Origin: Verrucomicrobiota bacterium
GTDB taxonomy: Bacteria; Verrucomicrobiota; Verrucomicrobiia; Verrucomicrobiales; DEV007
Assembly (NCBI GenBank): GCA_045046875.1
Contig: JASFYY010000119.1
Span: forward strand, 1 to 24,185
DNA length: 24,185 bases
Reading direction: 5' to 3'
Position numbers and translations under genes: made by a program. Below the pieces are notes generated by a model. It was not told the DNA's origin and searched no databases. It saw only the letters and a program-made list of their open reading frames with translations. Position 1 is the first letter of the stretch; each line of letters starts with the position of its first letter. Of the stretch, positions 17,067 to 24,185 are shown in pieces.

Positions 17067-17503
17067 GCTTTGTCGCTGTGATTAAAGCGGAAGACCGCTA
17101 TTCAGACATTTTCCGCATCGATACGGAAAACGGATGGGGGAAAATCCTCACCCGCATCAACGAAGGTTTTTACAATGAAATGTCGATTGGTCGGGATCGG
17201 GCAAAAATTTCCACCATCGCCCCTATTGACCGCTTTGTGGTGCTCACTTTTATATGGAACGGCCCCAAGGAGACCCATCAACTTTTTGTCGTCGACAAAA
17301 AAAACCAGCGTTACGACTCCCCTGAGGGCGTAGCTCCAAAAGAAGCTATGGACATAAAATCCATCACCATCGGTGACGCCCATGACAACAAACACAGTTT
17401 CGCCACCGGGAAAATCCTCGAACTAGTGGTTTACGACCGCGCCTTGCACGCCTCCGAAAGAACCGAGTTAGAGGACTATTACAAAAAGAAATACTTCAAA
17501 TAA
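17042..17503 (+). CDS. C-terminal continuation of the kinase in the -1 frame (LamG/concanavalin-A-like domain)
   Basis: The frame is open from the T9 run at 17042 (FFFSSDQLSFVAVIK...) and ends with ITIG...FATGKILELVVYDRAL..SER.ELE.YY.KKY, typical of LamG-like domain ends. It has no signal peptide of its own. Confidence 0.78.
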   Translation, partial: FFFSSDQLSFVAVIKAEDRYSDIFRIDTENGWGKILTRINEGFYNEMSIGRDRAKISTIAPIDRFVVLTFIWNGPKETHQLFVVDKKNQRYDSPEGVAPKEAMDIKSITIGDAHDNKHSFATGKILELVVYDRALHASERTELEDYYKKKYFK

Positions 17504-17565
17504 CCCTGCTCGTACCGGCGAACGACAAGCAACTCTCTCCGGCTTTGCCGTTTTGTTTCTCCCAT

Positions 17566-18855
17566 TTAGACACTCTTCACCAAGAAACGGGCGTTGCGGC
17601 CGTTCTGCTCCCACTTTTTGCGTCGCTGTTCTGGCATCTGTCCCAAATCACTGCATTCTAGATATGAAAATTTCGCCGTGAAATATTCCGCAGTTTGCGT
17701 AGAAAGCATGAATAACAAGCTTGCTCCCAAAGATTTGGCCATTTTTTCTAAATGCTCAATCAGCTCACGGCCATAACCCTGCCCCTCGTGATCCCCCTTC
17801 ACGTAGATACATGCCAACTCCGCCGCATTTTCCTCAGGATAAGGATGCATAGCCCCCACGCCCACCACATTGCCATCGATTTCCATCACCTGGTAATCCT
17901 GCAAGCGCTCTAGGATCTCCCCCTTATCCCGCTCCACCAGCTGCTCATCCTCTACCGCCCGCCTCATCATCAACAGCATCTCATCCACGTCCGCCGGAGT
18001 AGCCGGACGAATTTGACGATAATCATCGGCGAAGACCATCGTGCCAATGCCTTCATTGCTAAATAGTTCTGCCAAAAGGGCGTCATCACGATTACCATTA
18101 ACCAAATGCACCCGGCTGACCCCTTCACGGCACGCGCGGATCGCCTGCTTCAGCTTTGAATGCAAACCCGGAGAAACCTGGTCATTCTCAGCCTTTTTCA
18201 ACAGCGCATCCCCCTGATCCGCAGAAATCTGCCGCGCACTCTGCAGATCCAAACCGAAATCCGGTTCCTCTTCGGTAACAAAAATAATCTTGTCCGCCTT
18301 CAAAGCCACTCCCACCGACATCGCCACCTGATCGGAATTCATCCGCAGACTGTGACCACTGCCATCGTATCCCAAAGGCGGAACCAAAGGTAAAAGCTCC
18401 TGTTCGAGGAACCCCCGCAGCATATCGTGATCCACCCGCACCATCTTACCCGTGTGCCCTTGATCCACTCCCCGCACGATACCTGCAGGGTGAGCACTGA
18501 GCGCATTGGCCGTCACCGTGCGGATTTTGAGCGCCGTGAGATCCCGTGTCACATCACTACCCAATCGAGTGATTGCATCCAGCGCCAATTCCAAAGTTGC
18601 CGCATCCGTCGGCCCAGTGGCATCAGAATTCGACAATTTCACTCCTCGTTTGTCCGCCAAGCTGGCAATTTGGTAAGCCGCTCCATAGATCAATACAATC
18701 TTCACATTCAAAGACCGCAGCACCGCTAGATTCAGCAGGATATTAGAAAAATTCTCCCCTGCCACCACTGCTCCATCCAGAGCGATCACAAAAGTACGAC
18801 CGCGAAACTGCGGCACATATTGCAAAATCCCCCTGAGATCACCAAATTTCATCAT
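17566..18855 (-). CDS. argA: Amino-acid N-acetyltransferase (N-acetylglutamate synthase; kinase-like plus GNAT domains)
   Basis: YV..FRGRTFVIALDG, GVD..HTG, GVSRVHL, LL.ELFS.EGIGTM, AELACIYV...GQGYG and R.ARFLVK. Confidence 0.93.
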   Translation of the reverse strand: MMKFGDLRGILQYVPQFRGRTFVIALDGAVVAGENFSNILLNLAVLRSLNVKIVLIYGAAYQIASLADKRGVKLSNSDATGPTDAATLELALDAITRLGSDVTRDLTALKIRTVTANALSAHPAGIVRGVDQGHTGKMVRVDHDMLRGFLEQELLPLVPPLGYDGSGHSLRMNSDQVAMSVGVALKADKIIFVTEEEPDFGLDLQSARQISADQGDALLKKAENDQVSPGLHSKLKQAIRACREGVSRVHLVNGNRDDALLAELFSNEGIGTMVFADDYRQIRPATPADVDEMLLMMRRAVEDEQLVERDKGEILERLQDYQVMEIDGNVVGVGAMHPYPEENAAELACIYVKGDHEGQGYGRELIEHLEKMAKSLGASLLFMLSTQTAEYFTAKFSYLECSDLGQMPEQRRKKWEQNGRNARFLVKSV

Positions 18856-18865
18856 CTATTTCCTC

Positions 18866-20176
18866 TTATATTTCCCAGCCCTTACGATAGGATTCACGCT
18901 GCCATAATTTCTGCGCCGCCTCCTGCCCTGCCCGCAAATGGCCCGATTTAGAGTCCACCTGCAACGCTCCAGTCGTACGGTAGGCGATATTGCCATAATG
19001 ACACAACATCGTGCTGATCTGTCCATTACCGATCTCCTGATTCAGCGCTTCGTCATTGCGGATCGCATTGACAAAATTCGTGAAATGAGGCACATCGCCC
19101 GCTTTGTCCTTATTCTCAGCAATCAACTTACCACCCAAATCATACACATTGTAGTTCGCACCGGTAAAATCCATCTTACCGCCTTCACCGTAAACTGACA
19201 AAAAGGTCAGCTTGTCCGGCTTGCGCTGATGGCAGGAACTCACCGCCATCGTGATGCCCCCTTTAGCACCGAAGTCATAGGACACATTAAAAGTATCCGG
19301 CGTCTCCTGATCATCATCAAAATGATAACGCCCACCTTCGCAAGTCACCCGCTCGGGATAATCCACATCCATCGCCCAACGTGCGATATCCAGAAAATGC
19401 GGGCCATTATTGGCCAGCTCCCCTCCGCCATAATACCAATGCCAGTGCCAGTTGTAATGCACAAGATTATCCTTATAAGGCTTCTCGACCAAAGGCCCCT
19501 GCCACAAAGCCCAGTCCAAATCCGCAGGTGGATCCACCAATTTCCCTTTGCCAATCGATCCACGTTTATTGGAATACCAACACCTCGCGTACAACGTTTT
19601 ACCGATAATACCCTCGCGCAATTTCTGGATACCTTCGATATTCCCCGGATAACTGCGTCGTTGAGTACCCAATTGAACCTTACGATCCGTCGCCTTGGCC
19701 ACCTCCACCATTTTATAGGCCTCGTAAGGGTTGTAAGAGCCCGGCTTTTCCACATACACATGTTTCCCTGCCTGACAGGCTTGGATCGTCATCGGAGCAT
19801 GCCAGAAGTTCGGCGTGGCGATGGAAATCGCATCCAAGTCCTTGTCATCGAGCATCACTCGGTAATCAGTGATTTTTTTCGCCGGATGCGGCTGCTTGCC
19901 CTCCATCGTTTTGAACCCGCTCGCCAGCCGCTTGCTGTCCACATCACAGACATACGCCACCTCCGTATTGGGCACATCCAAGTAACCCTTGATATGCCCC
20001 CGCCCACGACTAAGCCCCGCCACTCCAACCCGCACCCGCTCATTTGCTCCCTTCACTTGCCCCAACACCAAATTCGGCTTGGCCAGCAAACCCACCGCCG
20101 CCGCACCCGCTGCCAAGGCTCCCGTGCTTTTTAAAAATTCCCGCCTGGAGCTCTGCTGATATTCGTTGTTATTCAT
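18866..20176 (-). CDS. Tat-exported Gfo/Idh/MocA-family oxidoreductase
   Basis: SRREFLK Tat motif, IATPNFWH, AGKHVYVEKP, QLGTQRRS and G.H.LDIARW. ATG at 20176 preferred over 20257. Confidence 0.92.
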   Translation of the reverse strand: MNNNEYQQSSRREFLKSTGALAAGAAAVGLLAKPNLVLGQVKGANERVRVGVAGLSRGRGHIKGYLDVPNTEVAYVCDVDSKRLASGFKTMEGKQPHPAKKITDYRVMLDDKDLDAISIATPNFWHAPMTIQACQAGKHVYVEKPGSYNPYEAYKMVEVAKATDRKVQLGTQRRSYPGNIEGIQKLREGIIGKTLYARCWYSNKRGSIGKGKLVDPPADLDWALWQGPLVEKPYKDNLVHYNWHWHWYYGGGELANNGPHFLDIARWAMDVDYPERVTCEGGRYHFDDDQETPDTFNVSYDFGAKGGITMAVSSCHQRKPDKLTFLSVYGEGGKMDFTGANYNVYDLGGKLIAENKDKAGDVPHFTNFVNAIRNDEALNQEIGNGQISTMLCHYGNIAYRTTGALQVDSKSGHLRAGQEAAQKLWQRESYRKGWEI

Positions 20177-20457
20177 ATTTTTGGAGGTTGTTTCGGGAAA
20201 CTCTTCATAGCAAAAATCCCCTTCCCCAACCCTTGCACGACAAGCCCTCCCAGCCAAGTCAAAATCCCCGGATTACCAGAGGCAATGGTAAAGGTTCCAG
20301 CGTGCAAATCTCTTACCCTAGTTTGAAGTTGACACCTTTTCTGCTTCACTTTGATTTCTTCTTATTCCAAAGTAAACATAACATCCAACCCATCGGCAAA
20401 ATCCACAGTTAAAAATTCCTCCCTTCCGCACGTTCAACGATTAAGCTGCCCGCACCC

Positions 20458-21264
20458 ATGTTCTTAAAACTCCAAAATCTCAAAGTTCACTTCCCGGTTT
20501 CCAGTGGTTTTCTCATCAAAAAAGAAAACCCTGCGATCAAAGCCGTCGATGGAGTGAACCTCGAGATCAAAAAAGGCGAAATACTTGGCCTGGTCGGCGA
20601 ATCCGGTTGTGGCAAATCCACCCTGTCTCGCAGCATCATGCAATTGATCCCTGTCACCAGTGGCAAAGTCTTGTTAGAAGACCAAGAACTAACAGCCCTT
20701 TCACAAAATCAAATCCGCCAGCACCGGGTCGACTTTCAAATGATCTTCCAGGATCCCTACGCCTCGCTCAACCCCCGCATGACTATCTTCACCACCCTTG
20801 CTGAAGCCATCCGTACCCGGCACCCCCAATGCCAGGGAAACGAGCTCACCCAGAGAGTTTCCGAACTGATGAAACGAGTTGGCTTGGAGCCCCGTTACAT
20901 GCGCAAATACCCTCATGAATTTTCCGGAGGACAACGTCAACGCATCGCCATCGCACGTGCGCTAGCCCCCGAGCCCAAGCTCATCATCGCCGACGAACCG
21001 GTCTCCGCCCTCGACGTCTCGATCCAATCACAAATCCTCAACCTACTGAAAGCCCTGCGCCACGATCTGGACCTAACCATGATATTCATATCCCATGACC
21101 TCTCGGTCGTGCGCTACATCGCCGACCGCATCGCCGTCATGTATGAGGGTCAATTGGTTGAAATAGGAGAAGCCCAAGCCCTATTTGAAAAGCCCCAGCA
21201 TCCCTACACCAAAAAACTACTTAGCGCCGTTCCTCGTATAGCGTTCACCCAGACTGCCTGCTGA
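20458..21264 (+). CDS. Oligopeptide/dipeptide ABC transporter ATP-binding subunit (OppF/DppF-like)
   Basis: Walker A GESGCGKST, IFQDPYASLNPR, YPHEFSGGQRQR, ADEPVSALDVS, ISHDL and P.HPYT. Confidence 0.94.
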   Translation: MFLKLQNLKVHFPVSSGFLIKKENPAIKAVDGVNLEIKKGEILGLVGESGCGKSTLSRSIMQLIPVTSGKVLLEDQELTALSQNQIRQHRVDFQMIFQDPYASLNPRMTIFTTLAEAIRTRHPQCQGNELTQRVSELMKRVGLEPRYMRKYPHEFSGGQRQRIAIARALAPEPKLIIADEPVSALDVSIQSQILNLLKALRHDLDLTMIFISHDLSVVRYIADRIAVMYEGQLVEIGEAQALFEKPQHPYTKKLLSAVPRIAFTQTAC

Positions 21265-21282
21265 AGCACAAGCGCACCCATT

Positions 21283-22029
21283 CTACTGCTGCTGCGCTCC
21301 TAACACTCGACGTTCAGGAATCCTTACCGAACCCTGCTTAGGCCGCGTCGAAGGATAAAGCTGACCATTTGCCGGTTGCTTTACATTATTGCTCCCCCCG
21401 GCTCCTGAGGTTGCCGGAGCGCTCACGCCCGCTTGATTGCGATTATTCGCCGCCGAATCGATCACCTTTGGGGTTGGCCCCTGGCGATTGATCCAAATGG
21501 TTCGCAACACCGATCCTGTCACTCCGGAAACATGCACCTTCCCCACCAGTCTCTGTTCCGCATCAACCAAAGCCAAAATCCATATTGGCTCATTGGAATA
21601 CTCACGCGCCCGCAAAACGTAATTCAAACTATCAAAACCCACCCGAGCCTTTCGGGCTTCTCCTTCAGCAACGGTAAAGGCCGCCACACTGTCCAGCTTC
21701 AACTTGGCAAAATCAATATAACCAATCGGCGCTTTATCAGGATAAAGTTTGTCATAAGGGCCTTCATTGACCGCTCGACCATCTCCCACCCAGTATTCAT
21801 TGAGCAAATAGATGCTGGCTGGATCATAAACCACCACACTCCACTCCTTGGGTTGAGGCACTCCATTAAAAGCCCGCATTTCCACAATCCACTGGAAATG
21901 ATCCGCCCCGAATTTTTGTCCCAGAATGTTCAACGCGTTTTTTCCCGACAAAGGAACACTCTGTTGTTGTTGGCCAATCGCTGGACCAATCAACAAACCC
22001 ACTAATAACAATAATACCCATTTTCTCAT
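21283..22029 (-). CDS. Hypothetical secreted protein, possibly PepSY-like
   Basis: Signal peptide MRKWVLLLLVGLLIGPAIG; LDSVAAF.VA..EA...PIW.L...VHVSGVTGSV pattern; disordered tail. Confidence 0.8.
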   Translation of the reverse strand: MRKWVLLLLVGLLIGPAIGQQQQSVPLSGKNALNILGQKFGADHFQWIVEMRAFNGVPQPKEWSVVVYDPASIYLLNEYWVGDGRAVNEGPYDKLYPDKAPIGYIDFAKLKLDSVAAFTVAEGEARKARVGFDSLNYVLRAREYSNEPIWILALVDAEQRLVGKVHVSGVTGSVLRTIWINRQGPTPKVIDSAANNRNQAGVSAPATSGAGGSNNVKQPANGQLYPSTRPKQGSVRIPERRVLGAQQQ

Positions 22030-22130
22030 CACGCCGCATTCTATACCTCTTTTTTAGAAATTTCGCGTGAAAAATACCAGATTTTGCCGACTTTTTGCCA
22101 CAGACGCATTACTTCGAGTTTTTTACCGCT

Positions 22131-23429
22131 TTGTCCGAACACCGCCCCCTATCCTTAAGCACCGCTACCGCCATCGTCATCGCCAGCATGATCGGCACCG
22201 GTGTGTTCACCAGTCTCGGCTTCCAATTGATCTCCATCGAATCTCCCTTTGCCATTATGTTGCTTTGGATATTCGGAGGCATCATTGCCATTTCGGGAGC
22301 CCTGTGTTACGCCGAATTGTGCGCCATGATGCCACGTTCGGGTGGCGAATACCATTTATTGAGAGAAACCTGGCACCCCGCAGTGGGCTTTTTAGCCGGC
22401 TGGATTTCCATCACCGTAGGTTTTGCCGCACCCGTAGCCATCTCGGCAAAAGCCCTCGGTCAATATGCCTGCCAATCCCTTGGCATAGCCCATCCTGCCT
22501 GGATCTCAGTTCTGGCGGTCATCCTCATCACAATCATTCACCTCGGCCATCTGCGCCGCACCAGTCGCTTCCAGATCGTTTTCACTTCCTACAAAACCCT
22601 CCTGATCATAAGTCTGATCACCGTCAGTTTCTTTTCTAACCAAAGCACAAAGCTCTCCCTCTCTCCCCAACCCGGCGACCTGCAAACCCTCTTCGGTGCT
22701 GACTTTGCCGTATCCCTGCTCTACGTCACCTACTCCTACACCGGTTGGAACGCCGCTGCATACATCGCCGGGGAAATCCGCAACCCGCAGCGCAATCTAC
22801 CCCTCGCCATGTTGCTGGGCACCTGCACCGTCACCGTGCTATATGTCCTGCTCAACCTAGCCTTTCTCAAGGCGGCTCCCATTGACGCCCTCAAAGGACA
22901 ACAAGACGTCGGACGCATCGCCGCCATCCATTTGTTCGGCAACCGGGGAGGCAACTTGATGGGGCTTTTGATCGCCCTCGGATTACTCTCATCCATCAGC
23001 TCGATGACCTGGGCCGGGCCGCGGGTCGCTGCCGTCATGGGCGAGGATTATCAAAAACTCTCACCGCTCGCCAAACGAAACCGCTACCACATTCCTTCGC
23101 TCGCTTTATTAATACAATCCTCCATTGTCATTATCCTCTGCCTGGTCATCGACCTTGATCAGCTCATGCGCTACATCCAGGCCATCCTCACCCTGTCCTC
23201 CCTGCTGGTAGTCTTTGGAGTGATTCACCTGCGCCGCAAAAAGCCAAACGCCACACGCCCCATCCGCATTCCCCTCTATCCTCTGCCGCTGATTTTATTC
23301 GCCGCCATGAACAGCTACATGCTGATCTATTATTTAATCTACAAAACAAACGAAAGCTTGCTCGGATTCCTAACCCTGGCACTGGGTTACATCGTTTACC
23401 GTCTAGTTGGAAAACCCCGGACAGATTAA
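22131..23429 (+). CDS. APC-superfamily amino-acid permease
   Basis: IASMIGTGVF, GALCYAEL..MMPRSGGEY, YSYTGWN.A.YIAGEIRNPQRNLP and GPRV; about 12 TM helices. Start uncertain (TTG at 22131 or 22095). Confidence 0.93.
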   Translation: MSEHRPLSLSTATAIVIASMIGTGVFTSLGFQLISIESPFAIMLLWIFGGIIAISGALCYAELCAMMPRSGGEYHLLRETWHPAVGFLAGWISITVGFAAPVAISAKALGQYACQSLGIAHPAWISVLAVILITIIHLGHLRRTSRFQIVFTSYKTLLIISLITVSFFSNQSTKLSLSPQPGDLQTLFGADFAVSLLYVTYSYTGWNAAAYIAGEIRNPQRNLPLAMLLGTCTVTVLYVLLNLAFLKAAPIDALKGQQDVGRIAAIHLFGNRGGNLMGLLIALGLLSSISSMTWAGPRVAAVMGEDYQKLSPLAKRNRYHIPSLALLIQSSIVIILCLVIDLDQLMRYIQAILTLSSLLVVFGVIHLRRKKPNATRPIRIPLYPLPLILFAAMNSYMLIYYLIYKTNESLLGFLTLALGYIVYRLVGKPRTD

Positions 23430-23457
23430 CCCAATTCGCCCGAAAACCTTCGTCCCC

Positions 23458-23820
23458 TCAGCGTCGCAGCCGTGGAAAAAACTTTGTATCCCGTTTGCTT
23501 GCATTAACATCCCCGTATCCGTGGCCAGCACGGATCACGGTGGGTTGGTCAAAAGTCACATGCACGCTGACCACACGACTGGAGTATACGTTAGGATTTC
23601 GATTACTGCCCTCTCCATAATAGATGAGCGTACCCTGGTAAGCCCTCTGGCTATAGGAATAATTAGACTTCAGCGATCTATTAGCCGTCTCAAAACGCCC
23701 CCCTCGGTCTCCTGCTCGATAAATGATCACCCCATCTTCAGCCTGACTCTTTGCAGGAGCTGCCATCCCCAAAACCAGCAAACCTAATAAACCCAAAATT
23801 CCAGTAACTCTTTTTTTCAT
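23458..23820 (-). CDS. Small hypothetical secreted protein
   Basis: Classic signal peptide MKKRVTGILGLLGLLVLGMAAPAKSQA; Tyr/Arg/Gly/Ser-rich mature part. Confidence 0.75.
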   Translation of the reverse strand: MKKRVTGILGLLGLLVLGMAAPAKSQAEDGVIIYRAGDRGGRFETANRSLKSNYSYSQRAYQGTLIYYGEGSNRNPNVYSSRVVSVHVTFDQPTVIRAGHGYGDVNASKRDTKFFPRLRR

Positions 23821-23962
23821 ATCAACAATTCTTTGCTATTTATTTCAACTCACATTATGCCCCAATCCCTCATCAAAGGTCAAGTCTAAACGCACCGCTC
23901 GCAAAACTTCGATCGCCCCAGCCCTGTTGCTATCAATACTTTTTTCTAATCCTATCTTTCCC

Positions 23963-23990
23963 TTGCATTTGCCCAATACGCAGATAAACT
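23963..23990 (+). promoter_or_regulatory. Sigma70 promoter for tRNA-Leu
   Basis: TTGCAT, 16 nt, TAAACT, followed by a GC-rich discriminator CGCGGC, 26 nt upstream of the tRNA. Confidence 0.6.
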
Positions 23991-24016
23991 CGCGGCTCAC
24001 ACAAAACCAAACGAAA

Positions 24017-24099
24017 GCCGGTGTGGCGGAATTGGTAGACGCGCAGGATTCAAAATCCTGTTCCCTTTGGGAGTGAGGGTTCGATTCCCTCCGCCGGTA
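24017..24099 (+). tRNA. tRNA-Leu (anticodon CAA); CCA not encoded
   Basis: Acceptor stem GCCGGTG/CGCCGGT with discriminator A; D-arm TGGCGGAATTGGTAGACGC; anticodon arm CAGGA-TTCAAAA-TCCTG (CAA at 24051-24053); long variable arm; T-arm GAGGG-TTCGATT-CCCTC. Confidence 0.97.
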
Positions 24100-24185
24100 C
24101 TTTGGTTATCCCCTGTCAGATCGCTCGATCTGTCCAACAAGGCAAATATGGAAATTTGTTCTACTCCTTATCCCACCCTTCCCAC

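Noticed and set aside
17078..17503. Independent 141-aa gene starting at GTG 17078
   Set aside because: It has no signal peptide or evident RBS, looks like half a domain, and its frame opens at the T9 run. It is better explained as the kinase C-terminus.
19229..20134. 301-aa + strand ORF
   Set aside because: It lies wholly antisense to the Gfo/Idh/MocA gene, has no recognisable motifs, and shows the His/Ile/Arg-rich composition typical of shadow frames.
20177..20257. Extended N-terminus of the oxidoreductase given in the ORF track
   Set aside because: The Tat motif should be near the N-terminus, so the ATG at 20176 fits better.
1..24185. Prophage, IS element or multi-gene defence island
   Set aside because: I recognised no integrase, transposase, phage structural gene, methylase or terminal repeats.

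Overview
Bacterial chromosomal segment of mostly housekeeping and cell-envelope genes. The gene content suggests the PVC group (Verrucomicrobiota-like), which is an inference. It holds about 25 CDSs and tRNA-Leu(CAA): two tandem GT4 glycosyltransferase paralogs (one cut by the window edge and absent from the ORF track), a truncated hemoglobin, mnmA, nth, a 3D-domain lipoprotein, a family-4 uracil-DNA glycosylase, a LOG-family protein, msrP, uppP, an M23 peptidase, a GT-C membrane glycosyltransferase, a transmembrane Ser/Thr kinase, argA, a Tat-exported Gfo/Idh/MocA oxidoreductase, a lone peptide-ABC ATPase and an APC permease. I saw no CRISPR array, integrase or transposase. Four observations stand out. 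(1) The kinase's extracellular LamG-like domain is split by a -1 frameshift at a T9 run that contains an in-phase T-TTT-TTA slippery heptamer. (2) A lipoprotein carries a PD-(D/E)xK nuclease-like motif with no methylase nearby. (3) The family-4 UDG lacks all four Fe-S cysteines and lies near an Nth with rearranged cysteine spacing. (4) An AT-rich insert carries a 10-bp-period repeat and a frameshifted small lipoprotein gene. None of these is shown to be a new system; each needs the checks listed.
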